In this document: positions 9,842 to 18,951 of the stretch, one piece after another
Layout of the letters: the number at the start of each line of letters is the position of its first letter
Position numbering within the stretch: position 1 is the first letter of the stretch
Assembly: GCA_041752455.1 (NCBI GenBank)
Contig: JBGSWL010000140.1
Coordinates: 45,423 to 109,422 of the forward strand
Source of the DNA: Roseitalea sp.
GTDB taxonomy: Bacteria; Pseudomonadota; Alphaproteobacteria; Rhizobiales; Rhizobiaceae
Reading direction: 5' to 3'
Length of the DNA stretch: 64,000 nucleotides
Notes under the pieces: generated by a model
What the model saw: only the letters and a program-made list of their open reading frames with translations
Database searches by the model: none
What the model was told of the DNA's origin: nothing
Made by a program: the position numbers and the translations under genes

Positions 9842-10579
9842 ATGCTCGACGTTGGCTATGGCGCTGCTTTCCTCGCGGGGATCCTGTCGTTTGTCTCGCC
9901 CTGCGTGCTGCCGATCGTGCCGCCGTATCTCGCCTACCTCGCCGGTATCAGCTTTTCGGAGTTGAATGAGCAGGGCACCGGGAACAATGCGGTTTCGCGC
10001 CGTATTGCGCTGTCCTCGGTGGCATTCGTGCTGGGTTTCACGACGGTTTTCGTGGCGCTGGGTGCGACGGCCAGCATGATCGGCCAGTCGATTGCCCGCC
10101 ATTTCGACACCCTGTCGATGATCGCCGGTGTGCTGATCATCATCATGGGGCTGCACTTTCTCGGGGTTTTCCGGATCGGCCTTCTTTACCGCGAAGCGCG
10201 CATCGACGTCCAAAAGAAGCCGGCCGGCCTGCTTGGTGCCTATGTGATGGGGCTGGCGTTTGCCTTCGGCTGGACGCCCTGTGTCGGGCCGGTGCTGGCA
10301 GCAATCCTGTTTGTTGCAGGCACGGAAGACACAGCGTTTCGCGGTGCCGGGCTGCTTGCGCTCTATTCGCTCGGGATCGGCATCCCGTTCATCGTCGCCG
10401 GGTTGTTTGCCAGCCGCTTCATCGGCTGGGCGACCCGGTTCAAGAAACACATGCACACGGTCGAGCGTGTCATGGGCGGTCTGCTCGTCGTGACCGGCGT
10501 TCTTTTCATTACCGGCCAGATGTCGCGGATTGCGCAATGGCTTCTCGACACGTTTCCGGGGTTTGCGACGATCGGCTGA
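9842..10579 (+). CDS. soxV: CcdA/DsbD-like membrane thiol-disulfide transporter SoxV
   Basis: FVSPCVLPIVP motif and a second conserved Cys (WTPCVGP), about six TM helices, precedes soxW. Confidence 0.85.
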   Translation: MLDVGYGAAFLAGILSFVSPCVLPIVPPYLAYLAGISFSELNEQGTGNNAVSRRIALSSVAFVLGFTTVFVALGATASMIGQSIARHFDTLSMIAGVLIIIMGLHFLGVFRIGLLYREARIDVQKKPAGLLGAYVMGLAFAFGWTPCVGPVLAAILFVAGTEDTAFRGAGLLALYSLGIGIPFIVAGLFASRFIGWATRFKKHMHTVERVMGGLLVVTGVLFITGQMSRIAQWLLDTFPGFATIG

Positions 10580-10607
10580 GTGTCGCGCCCGCGCCACAGG
10601 AGGAACC

Positions 10608-11207
10608 ATGATGAGACTGGGACACTATATTGCCAGCGGCCTTGCCGCGGTTTGCCTGATGGCAAATGCCGCTTTCGCTGCGGAATTCGGCGAAGACGGC
10701 CTGCACAAGCAGGACTGGTTTGCGATCACTTTCCGCGATGTGGCGGAGGATATCCAGGCCGCAAAGGACGAGGGCAAGCGCCTCGTGATGATCTTCGAAC
10801 AGCGCGGCTGCATCTACTGCGCCAAGATGCACACGGACATTCTCTCGGTGCCGGAAGTGCGCGCCTATCTCGAGGCAAACTACAAGGTTGTGCAGTACAA
10901 CATGTTTGGCGACGAGGAGGTGACCGACCTCGACGGCGAGGTGCTGACCGAGAAGACCGCCGCGCGCAAATGGGGCCTCGTTTTCACGCCGACCATGGTT
11001 TTCATGCCGGACGAAGTGCCGGATGACGGCAAGTCGGCGGTTCAGTCCGCGGTTGCTGTGATGCCGGGTGCCTTCGGCAAGCTGACCTTTCTCAACATGT
11101 TCCGCTGGGTGAACGAGAAGGGCTATGCGGGCGAGGAGCATTTCCAGAAGTACCACGCCCGAATCATCAACGAAATGCGTGCCGCCGGCCAGCTTGTCTC
11201 CGAGTGA
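10608..11207 (+). CDS. soxW: Periplasmic thioredoxin SoxW
   Basis: Signal peptide and a thioredoxin fold with a CIYC motif. Confidence 0.8.
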   Translation: MMRLGHYIASGLAAVCLMANAAFAAEFGEDGLHKQDWFAITFRDVAEDIQAAKDEGKRLVMIFEQRGCIYCAKMHTDILSVPEVRAYLEANYKVVQYNMFGDEEVTDLDGEVLTEKTAARKWGLVFTPTMVFMPDEVPDDGKSAVQSAVAVMPGAFGKLTFLNMFRWVNEKGYAGEEHFQKYHARIINEMRAAGQLVSE

Positions 11208-11231
11208 CGCACGCATCGAAAACAACGTATT

Positions 11232-11247
11232 CAAATAATCATATTTG
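11232..11247. promoter_or_regulatory. Inverted repeat CAAATA-N4-TATTTG downstream of soxW and upstream of soxY; candidate second SoxR operator
   Basis: Perfect 6-bp arms in an AT-rich patch. It contains the same CATATTTG octamer (11240-11247) as the soxS-soxV region. Confidence 0.4.
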
Positions 11248-11355
11248 TGCATTGATAGGCGCGACGAGATGGCGTAGCCTTCCTGTCAAGCGAACGGAGT
11301 GTCGCAGGAGTGACGACGTGACGTGCCCGGCATGATCACCCGTCGAGGAGGAAAC

Positions 11356-11565
11356 ATGATTGCAGGTTCGACGACCCTGTCCGGGCGTCACGCAGCCGCA
11401 TGCTTCGCGCAGGGCCGACCCTTGAAGAGCGGTTTTGGTGGGAATGGTCCGGACCATTGCGATGGCGCGGCAATCACTGCCGTCCGCATGCCGGTCGGTC
11501 GGTTCACCTCCACCCATTTTTCGGCAAACGAACCCACGAATACCCGCAAAGGAGAAACCCAATGA
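11356..11565 (+). CDS. Candidate small protein (69 aa, 2 Cys) or leader ORF upstream of soxY
   Basis: GAGGAGG SD at 11345-11351 lies 4 nt before the ATG. The stop TGA 11563-11565 overlaps soxY ATG 11562 (ATGA). By eye the third-position GC bias is weaker than in the flanking sox genes, so coding status is uncertain. Confidence 0.3.
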   Translation: MIAGSTTLSGRHAAACFAQGRPLKSGFGGNGPDHCDGAAITAVRMPVGRFTSTHFSANEPTNTRKGETQ

Positions 11566-12014
11566 CAATGACACGACGTTCCATGTTGGCGCTGTCGTCC
11601 GGCGCCGCTGCTGCGCTGGTCGCGCTGCGCGCCATGCCGGCCTCGGCTGACGCCGAAGCCGTGATGGCCAAGATTGCCGAGTTTTCCGGCGGCACCGAGC
11701 CTGCTTCGGGTACGCTGGCGCTCAACGCTCCGGAAATCGCTGAAAACGGCAACACCGTGCCGGTCTCGTTCACCGTCGAAAGCCCGATGACGGCAGAAGA
11801 TTATGTCCAGTCGGTCGCGATCTACGCCGACGGCAACCCCTCGCCGGAAGTGATCGTCTTCAACTTCACGCCATTGAGCGGCCAGGCAACCGCCACGACG
11901 CGCGTGCGCCTTGCCAAGACCCAGAACGTCATCGCCGTCGCCAAGACGTCGACCGGCGCGGTCTTCATGGACAAGAAGGAAGTCAAAGTCACCATCGGCG
12001 GCTGCGGCGGCTGA
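11562..12014 (+). CDS. soxY: Sulfur carrier protein SoxY
   Basis: Tat signal (TRRSMLAL) and the diagnostic C-terminal GGCGG swinging arm. Confidence 0.95.
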   Translation: MTMTRRSMLALSSGAAAALVALRAMPASADAEAVMAKIAEFSGGTEPASGTLALNAPEIAENGNTVPVSFTVESPMTAEDYVQSVAIYADGNPSPEVIVFNFTPLSGQATATTRVRLAKTQNVIAVAKTSTGAVFMDKKEVKVTIGGCGG

Positions 12015-12035
12015 GCGACCTCAAGGAGCAATGAA

Positions 12036-12362
12036 ATGGCACAAGCAAAACCCCGCGTAAAACTGCAGAAGACCGCCACCGTCGGCGAAGTCGTCGTGAT
12101 CAAGAGCCTGATCAGCCATGCCATGGAATCGGGCCAGCGCAAGGATTCGGCCGGCGCCGTGATCCCGCGTCAGATCATCAACAAGTTCGAATGCACCTTC
12201 AACGGCCAGCCGGTCTTTTCGTGCGACATCGAGCCTGCGATCTCGGCAAATCCCTACATCGAGTTCACGGCCAAGGTGAATGAATCCGGCAAGTTCGCGT
12301 TCACATGGACCGATGACGACGGCACCGTGACCACGTCCGAACAGGAAATCACGGTCCAGTAA
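12036..12362 (+). CDS. soxZ: SoxZ
   Basis: About 108 aa, typical SoxZ sequence (KPRVKL...IKSLISHAMESG), immediately after soxY. Confidence 0.9.
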   Translation: MAQAKPRVKLQKTATVGEVVVIKSLISHAMESGQRKDSAGAVIPRQIINKFECTFNGQPVFSCDIEPAISANPYIEFTAKVNESGKFAFTWTDDDGTVTTSEQEITVQ

Positions 12363-12425
12363 AACGGGCGATCGGGGCGCCCGAAGAGGCGCCTCGTTTT
12401 CAGTCATTCTTTTTGGGAGGAAGAA

Positions 12426-13238
12426 ATGAGATTGTCGAAGCTATTGACGAGCGCCTTGCTCGCAGGCGCCATGATGGGTGCCGGCGTCTTTGCGGTCTCG
12501 GCGCAGGACGAGCTTGAAGAGTACAAGCGCATGCTCGCCGACCCGTTTGCCAATCCGGGCTGGCTTTACGCTGACGAAGGCGAGGCGCTTTGGGTGACCC
12601 CGTCAGGCCCGAAGAACGCCACGCTCGAACAGTGCGACCTCGGCCTTGGTGCCGGTGTTGTCGAAGGCGCCTATGCCCAGCTTCCGCGCTATTTTGCCGA
12701 TGCCGACCGGGTGATGGATGCCGATACGCGCATCGCCTGGTGCCGTCAGGAACTGCAGGGCATTCCGTTCGCCGATTCTGCCAAGACCGCATTCTCCAAA
12801 CGCGGCAAGAAGTCGGAAATGGAGCAGCTGACCGTGTATGTGGCTTCCAAGTCCGAAGGCATGGACATCAATCCGCCGATGGATCATCCCAAAGAGCAGG
12901 AAGCCCGCGATATCGGCGAGGCCCTGTTCTACCGCCGCTCGGCCAAACTCGATTATTCGTGCTCGACATGCCACGGCGTGACCGGCTCGCGTATTCGTCT
13001 GCAGGAGCTTTCCAACCTGACGGATCAGGCCGAAACCGGTGCTGTCATGGCGACATGGCCGACTTATCGTGTCAGCCATGAAAGCGTGCGCACGATGCAG
13101 CACCGCATGTGGGACTGCAATTGGCAGATGCGCATGCCGAACCTGCAATTCGGTTCGGAAGCGGCTGTCGCATTGATCGCTTACCTGAATGACACCGGAC
13201 GTGGCTCGCCGATGGCGTCGCCTGGTCTCAAGCGTTGA
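12426..13238 (+). CDS. soxA: Cytochrome c SoxA (single CxxCH, monoheme type)
   Basis: Signal peptide, one heme motif (CSTCH) and a conserved C-terminal region. Position is soxZ-soxA-soxX. Confidence 0.85.
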   Translation: MRLSKLLTSALLAGAMMGAGVFAVSAQDELEEYKRMLADPFANPGWLYADEGEALWVTPSGPKNATLEQCDLGLGAGVVEGAYAQLPRYFADADRVMDADTRIAWCRQELQGIPFADSAKTAFSKRGKKSEMEQLTVYVASKSEGMDINPPMDHPKEQEARDIGEALFYRRSAKLDYSCSTCHGVTGSRIRLQELSNLTDQAETGAVMATWPTYRVSHESVRTMQHRMWDCNWQMRMPNLQFGSEAAVALIAYLNDTGRGSPMASPGLKR

Positions 13239-13252
13239 GGGCGGAAAACATC

Positions 13253-13864
13253 ATGAAAATGAATATCAAGATTGCCGCAGCATCGGTTCTGATGGCTTGC
13301 CTGTCGCCTGCGATTGCCGGCGAAGTCGATCCGGCTCGCGTCGAAGCGGTCGTGCAGGCCTCGTTCGGCGAGCTGACCCCTGAGCTTCAAGCCCTGATCG
13401 ATCAGGACGAGACGATGAAGGAATGCTCGCTGCACCGCGATCTGCCGCCGTCCGAAGTTGCCGATGCCATCATTGCACGCGAAACTGCCAGTATCGTCTA
13501 TCCGGCCGACGGTGTCCTGATGGGCGACTGGAAGGTTGCTATCAAGGAATCCAACAACGGCTTCGGCTGGCGCCTGGGTGATGATCCTGCCAAGACCGTG
13601 GGCGGCAACTGCACCGCCTGCCACCAACTGGTCTCGACGGAAGTCGCCTACGGCAATCTCGGCCCGAGCCTGATGGGCTATGGTCAAGGTCAGACCGTGG
13701 ATGATGAACTGATAAAGGCCACTTACAACAAGATCTACAATTCTCAGTCGGTGCTGGCCTGTTCGCAGATGCCGCGCTTCGGTGCGACCGGGTTCCTGAC
13801 GCCGGAGCAGATCCGCGACTATGTCGCCATGCTCCTGTCGCCGGAAAGCCCGGTCAACCAGTAA
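13253..13864 (+). CDS. soxX: Cytochrome c SoxX
   Basis: Signal peptide and the heme motif GNCTACHQL. The ORF-track start at 13235 is TTG overlapping the soxA stop; the first ATG is at 13253. Confidence 0.8.
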   Translation: MKMNIKIAAASVLMACLSPAIAGEVDPARVEAVVQASFGELTPELQALIDQDETMKECSLHRDLPPSEVADAIIARETASIVYPADGVLMGDWKVAIKESNNGFGWRLGDDPAKTVGGNCTACHQLVSTEVAYGNLGPSLMGYGQGQTVDDELIKATYNKIYNSQSVLACSQMPRFGATGFLTPEQIRDYVAMLLSPESPVNQ

Positions 13865-13980
13865 CCGGGCCTGTCGCCGCCCCTGACGGGCGGCACACCT
13901 CCCAAGCCCGGCGATGCCCCTTCGCGTCGCCGGGAAGGGCTTCCCCGGATTTGTCCGATCAAAGACCAGGCGAGAGACGA

Positions 13981-15678
13981 ATGTATTCAAGACGCGATTT
14001 CATGCAGTTGATGGTCAATGCCGGTGTCGTCATCGGTGCGGCTGGTCTTGGCGGCAACGTGACTCGGGCGCTTGCGCAGCAGAAACTGACGCAGGACGAT
14101 CTCCTGAAGTTCGATAACAAGGGTCAGGTGACGCTTCTCCACATCACCGACATCCATGCGCAACTGAAGCCGATCTATTTCCGTCCGCCTGACACCAATA
14201 TCGGCGTTGGGGCCTATGCCGGGATTCCGCCGCATCTCGTCGCCGAGGAGTTTCTCAAGACCTTCGGCATCGAGGCGGGTACAGCGCTCGCCTATGCCCA
14301 CACGATGGTCAACTATGAAGAACTCGCCCGGACCTATGGCCGCCTCGGCGGACTGGACCGCACGGCAACCCTGATCAAGGCGATCCGCGCCGATCGCGGC
14401 GAGGACAAGGTCCTGCTGCTTGATGGCGGCGATACCTGGCAGGGTTCCTACACATCGCTGAAGACCAACGGCCAGGACATGGTCGACTGCATGGCCGCGC
14501 TGAAGCCGGAAGCCATGGTCGGGCACTGGGAGTTCACCTTCGGCGCCGACCGGGTGATGGAAATCGTCGAGGCGATGGACTACCCGTTCCTTGCCTCGAA
14601 CATTTTCGATGCCGAATGGGATGAGCCGGTCTTTGAATCGACGATGATGGTCGAAAAAGGCGGCGTCCAGGTCGCCGTCATCGGTCAGGCCATGCCCTAT
14701 ACGCCGATTGCAAATCCCAGATGGATGTTCCCGAACTGGTCGTTCGGCATCCGCCCCGAGGCCATCCAGGCCAATGTTGACAAGGCGCGCGATGAAGGCG
14801 CGCAAATCGTCGTGCTGCTGTCGCACAATGGCTTCGACGTCGACCGCAAGCTGGCCTCGGTTGTCACTGGCATCGACGTCATCCTCACCGGCCATACCCA
14901 TGACTCGGCGCCGCGCGCCATCGAAGTGGGCAGCACCCTGCTTCTGGCCTCCGGCTCGCACGGGAAGTACATGGGCCGCGTCGATCTCGAAGTGACAGGC
15001 GGCAAGGTGACGGGCTATGCGTCCAATGTCATCCCGATCTTCTCCGACGTGATCACACCGGATCCGGAAATGGCGGCGTTGATCGATGAAGTGCGCGCGC
15101 CGTTCGAAGCCGAGTGCCAGCGGGTGATCGGCAAGACCAACGGGACGCTGTATCGCCGTGGCAACTTCAACGGCACCTGGGATGATGTGATCTGCGAAGG
15201 CATCATCCAGGAGCGCGACACACAGATTGCGCTGTCGCCCGGCTTCCGTTGGGGCACGACGCTTCTTGCTGGCGACAACATCACCATCGACGATCTCTAT
15301 GCGGCAACATCGATGAGCTACCCGGCGGTCTACCGCTCGGAGTTCACCGGCATGCAGCTCAAGGAGATCATGGAGGATGTCTGCGACAACCTCTTCAACA
15401 AGGACCCGTTCTTCCAGCAGGGCGGCGACATGGTTCGGGTCGGCGGCATGACCTACACCTGCGCGCCGAACAACGAGATGGGTTCGCGCATCTCCGACAT
15501 GAAACTCGCATCGACCGGCGAAGCGCTTGAAGCCGACAAGACCTATGTGGTCGGCGGCTGGGCGAGCGTCAACGAAGGCACGGAAGGTCCGGCAATCTAC
15601 GACCTGATGGAAACCTACATCACCGGCAAGGGCACCATCGACCTGCCGACCGGTCAGGCTGTGAAGGTCGTCCTGTAG
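13981..15678 (+). CDS. soxB: Thiosulfohydrolase SoxB (dimanganese, 5'-nucleotidase family)
   Basis: Tat signal (SRRDFMQL), metallophosphoesterase motifs (HITDIH, GGDTWQG, GHWEF, LSHNG, GHTH) and a 5'-nucleotidase C-domain. Confidence 0.95.
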   Translation: MYSRRDFMQLMVNAGVVIGAAGLGGNVTRALAQQKLTQDDLLKFDNKGQVTLLHITDIHAQLKPIYFRPPDTNIGVGAYAGIPPHLVAEEFLKTFGIEAGTALAYAHTMVNYEELARTYGRLGGLDRTATLIKAIRADRGEDKVLLLDGGDTWQGSYTSLKTNGQDMVDCMAALKPEAMVGHWEFTFGADRVMEIVEAMDYPFLASNIFDAEWDEPVFESTMMVEKGGVQVAVIGQAMPYTPIANPRWMFPNWSFGIRPEAIQANVDKARDEGAQIVVLLSHNGFDVDRKLASVVTGIDVILTGHTHDSAPRAIEVGSTLLLASGSHGKYMGRVDLEVTGGKVTGYASNVIPIFSDVITPDPEMAALIDEVRAPFEAECQRVIGKTNGTLYRRGNFNGTWDDVICEGIIQERDTQIALSPGFRWGTTLLAGDNITIDDLYAATSMSYPAVYRSEFTGMQLKEIMEDVCDNLFNKDPFFQQGGDMVRVGGMTYTCAPNNEMGSRISDMKLASTGEALEADKTYVVGGWASVNEGTEGPAIYDLMETYITGKGTIDLPTGQAVKVVL

Positions 15679-15761
15679 GCGCAACAAGCGTTCGACAGCG
15701 ATGTCACTGTCTGATACATACGAAATACTGAATATGTATGCCTTTGATCCGGGAGGGAAAA

Positions 15762-17057
15762 ATGGCTGAAAAATCATCAAAAGCGAAGGGCGGCGTCGAT
15801 CAATCGCGCCGCAACTTCCTGGCCGCTGGCATTGCCGGCGGCGCTGCACTGGCGTCGGGCGGCGTTGCGCGCGCCAACGGCGACCCGCTGATCACCGAGG
15901 TGCAGGACTGGGCCTCCGTCTTCGGTGACGGCGTCGATGCAACGCCTTATGGCCTACCGATCGAGTTCGAGAGTGACGTCATCCGCCGCAACGTGCCTTG
16001 GCTCACGGCCGATGTGACGTCTTCGATCAACTTCACGCCGATCCACGCCCTTGACGGCACGATCACGCCGGCGGGCTGTGCCTTCGAGCGTCATCATTCG
16101 GGTGCGATCGAACTGAAGAAGGAAGACTACCGGCTGATGATCAACGGTCTCGTCGATCAGCCGCTGGTCTTCACCTATGCGGATCTGGAGCGCTTCCCGC
16201 GCATCAACCAGATCCTTTTCTGCGAGTGCGCCGCCAATACCGGCATGGAATGGGCCGGTGCGCAGCTTAACGGTGCGCAGTTCACGCATGGCATGATCCA
16301 CAACATGGAATATTCCGGCATACCGTTGCGCACGCTGCTGGAAGAAGCCGGGCTTGGCGCAGCCGGTGACTTCAAGGACAAGTGGGTCTATGTGGAAGGG
16401 GCCGATGCCTCGTCCAATGGCCGCTCGATCCCGCTCGAAAAGGCGCTGGACGATTGCCTTGTCGCCATCAAGGCCAATGGCGAGGCGCTTCGCAAGGAGC
16501 ACGGCTATCCGGTCCGTCTCGTCGTTCCCGGCTGGGAAGGCAATATGTGGGTCAAGTGGCTGCGGCGCATCGAGGTGACCGACGGCGCGGTGGAAAGCCG
16601 CGAGGAAACCTCGAAGTACACCGACACCCTGGCCGATGGCACGTCGCGCAAATGGACCTGGGTGATGGATGCCAAGTCGGTGATCACCTCGCCGTCGCCG
16701 CAGATGCCGATCACGCACGGCAAAGGCCCGTTGGTCATCACCGGGCTTGCCTGGTCCGGCCATGGCCGCATCACCCGCGTCGATGTCTCCAAGGATGGCG
16801 GCAAGACCTGGGAAACGGCGCGCCTCGGCGAGACGCAAGGGGCGACCAAGGCGCTCACCCGCTTCTATCTCGACACGACCTGGAACGGCGAAGACATGCT
16901 GCTGCAGTCGCGTGCCATTGACGAGACGGGCTATGTCCAGCCGACCAAGGACCAGCTGCGCGAAGTGCGTGGGCTGAACTCGGTTTACCACAACAACTGC
17001 ATCCAGACCTGGCATGTGAATCCTGACGGGACGGCGGAAAATGTCGAAGTATCGTGA
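15762..17057 (+). CDS. soxC: Sulfane dehydrogenase molybdopterin subunit SoxC
   Basis: Tat signal (SRRNFLAAG) and a sulfite-oxidase-family molybdopterin domain, followed by overlapping soxD. Confidence 0.9.
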   Translation: MAEKSSKAKGGVDQSRRNFLAAGIAGGAALASGGVARANGDPLITEVQDWASVFGDGVDATPYGLPIEFESDVIRRNVPWLTADVTSSINFTPIHALDGTITPAGCAFERHHSGAIELKKEDYRLMINGLVDQPLVFTYADLERFPRINQILFCECAANTGMEWAGAQLNGAQFTHGMIHNMEYSGIPLRTLLEEAGLGAAGDFKDKWVYVEGADASSNGRSIPLEKALDDCLVAIKANGEALRKEHGYPVRLVVPGWEGNMWVKWLRRIEVTDGAVESREETSKYTDTLADGTSRKWTWVMDAKSVITSPSPQMPITHGKGPLVITGLAWSGHGRITRVDVSKDGGKTWETARLGETQGATKALTRFYLDTTWNGEDMLLQSRAIDETGYVQPTKDQLREVRGLNSVYHNNCIQTWHVNPDGTAENVEVS

Positions 17058-18111
17058 TCTCATCCTTGCAGCGACGGCACTCGTCGCCCTGACCTCCACT
17101 GTCCATGCCGGCGATCCTGCCGCCGGTGAAGCCGTGTTCAAGAAGTGCGCTGCCTGCCATGCGGTGGGCGAGGGCGCCAAGAACAAGGTCGGGCCGATGC
17201 TCAACGACATCATCGGCCGCACGGCCGGTACCGTCGAGGGGTTCAAGTATTCGCCGGCGATGATTGCTGCGGGCGAAGGCGGCCTCATATGGACGCCCGA
17301 AAACATCGCCGCCTACATGAAGGACCCGAAGGGCTTTGTTCCGAAGAACAGGATGTCTTTCGCCGGCCTGAAGAAGGACGAGGATATCGACAATCTGAAC
17401 GCTTATCTGGCGACATATTCCGCCGGACAGGCGTCCGAAGCGGCGCCGGTCGAAGCACCTGCTGCGGCGACAGAGACGGCTGCAGCCGCACCTGCGGCTG
17501 CTGCAACCGAAGCACCGGTCATGACCGACGTGGTGGCTTCCAAGGGCAAGTTCGGTCTCGGCCGGCAGGCAAGTGAAGACGAGATCCTGGCATGGGACGT
17601 CAAGGTCATGCCGGACGGGCGCGGCCTGCCGGACGGTTCCGGTTCGGTCGAAGACGGTGAACCGATCTTCTCGGAGAAATGCGCGGCCTGCCATGGCGAG
17701 TTCGCCGAAGGTGTCGACAACTGGCCGAAGCTGGCTGGCGGCGAAGACACGCTTGCCGATGATGATCCGCTGAAGACGGTCGGGTCTTACTGGCCCTACC
17801 TGTCGACGGTCTGGGATTACGTGCACCGGTCGATGCCGTACGGCAGCGCCGGCACACTGACCGCTGACGAGACCTACGCGATCACCGCCTACATCCTCTA
17901 CTCCAACAACCTGGTCGACGACGACTTCGTTCTGTCCAAGGAGAACTTCCTCGACGTTGAAATGCCCAATGCCGGCAACTTCGTCGTCGATGACCGGGCG
18001 GAGACCGAGTACAGCAAATGGCGTGCCGAGCCTTGCATGGAAAACTGCAAGGAGACGGTCGAAATCACCAAGAAGGCGACAGTCCTCGACGTCACCCCGG
18101 ACGGCGGCTGA
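17041..18111 (+). CDS. soxD: Diheme cytochrome c SoxD
   Basis: Two CAACH heme motifs, an Ala/Pro-rich linker, and an overlap with the soxC 3' end. Confidence 0.9.
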   Translation: MSKYRDLILAATALVALTSTVHAGDPAAGEAVFKKCAACHAVGEGAKNKVGPMLNDIIGRTAGTVEGFKYSPAMIAAGEGGLIWTPENIAAYMKDPKGFVPKNRMSFAGLKKDEDIDNLNAYLATYSAGQASEAAPVEAPAAATETAAAAPAAAATEAPVMTDVVASKGKFGLGRQASEDEILAWDVKVMPDGRGLPDGSGSVEDGEPIFSEKCAACHGEFAEGVDNWPKLAGGEDTLADDDPLKTVGSYWPYLSTVWDYVHRSMPYGSAGTLTADETYAITAYILYSNNLVDDDFVLSKENFLDVEMPNAGNFVVDDRAETEYSKWRAEPCMENCKETVEITKKATVLDVTPDGG

Positions 18112-18168
18112 CCAAGCTGCCGCAACCGGCATCCAAAATCCGCGCTCGGCTTTGGGAGGAGACAGCGC

Positions 18169-18918
18169 TTGAACAAGACCTGGAATAGCCGTGCCACCGG
18201 AGTGGTCCGGCGGATCGCATCAACCGCCGCGTTCGGGCTGTTGCTCTCCGCTGCGGCAGGTGCAACCGAGGCAGGCCTGACCGAGAGTGGCAAGGGCCTG
18301 TTTGAAAAGGAATGCGCCCGTTGCCACGAGATCGGCGCAGGCGCTCGCAACAAGGTCGGGCCGCATCTCGATGCGCTTTTCGGTCGTGTGGCGGGTTCCA
18401 TTTCCGAATTCAGGTATTCGACCGCAGTGAAGACAGCCGGCGAGGGCGGTCTGGTCTGGGACGAAGACACGCTTTCTCACTATGTGGAAAAGCCGCGCGA
18501 GTTCCTCAAAGGCAACCGCATGTCGTATCGCGGCATGGCCTCTGCCGACGACCGCGCAGCACTGATCGCCTATCTGAAATCGTCTGCCGATGCGGCGCCG
18601 ACCGGCGATCTTGCTGCAACGGCTTCGGTGTCTGAAACCGGTGCGCCCGGCTTCGCCGACATCATCCTGCAGATCGACGGCGACAGGGCGTATGGCGAAT
18701 ATCTGTCAGGTGACTGCGTGACCTGCCATCAGATATCCGGTCAGGTTTCCGGTATTCCATCCATCGTCGGCGTGCCGCGCGATTATTTCGTGCGGGCGAT
18801 GGTCGAGTACAAGACCAATGTCCGTACAAACGAGGTCATGAAACTGCGTGTGCAGAACCTCGACAATGAAGATATTGCGGCACTTGCGGCCTATTTCAGC
18901 GAGATTGTGCCTCAGTAA
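18169..18918 (+). CDS. soxE: Diheme cytochrome c SoxE (FCSD cytochrome subunit-like)
   Basis: Heme motifs CARCH and CVTCH. TTG start is preceded by GGGAGGAG. It precedes soxF. Confidence 0.8.
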   Translation: MNKTWNSRATGVVRRIASTAAFGLLLSAAAGATEAGLTESGKGLFEKECARCHEIGAGARNKVGPHLDALFGRVAGSISEFRYSTAVKTAGEGGLVWDEDTLSHYVEKPREFLKGNRMSYRGMASADDRAALIAYLKSSADAAPTGDLAATASVSETGAPGFADIILQIDGDRAYGEYLSGDCVTCHQISGQVSGIPSIVGVPRDYFVRAMVEYKTNVRTNEVMKLRVQNLDNEDIAALAAYFSEIVPQ

Positions 18919-18951
18919 GACCGAAATCTGTCCAAGGACCAGGAGGATACC

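Noticed and set aside
13987-15849. A 620-aa ORF antisense to soxB. Similar long antisense ORFs occur at 15954..17306, 16855..18132 and 18988..20424 opposite soxC, soxD and soxF.
   Set aside because: They sit exactly opposite genes with unmistakable Sox motifs. Their translations are Arg/Ala/Gly/His-rich with no recognisable domains, the usual stop-codon-poor antisense artefact of high GC3 coding DNA.
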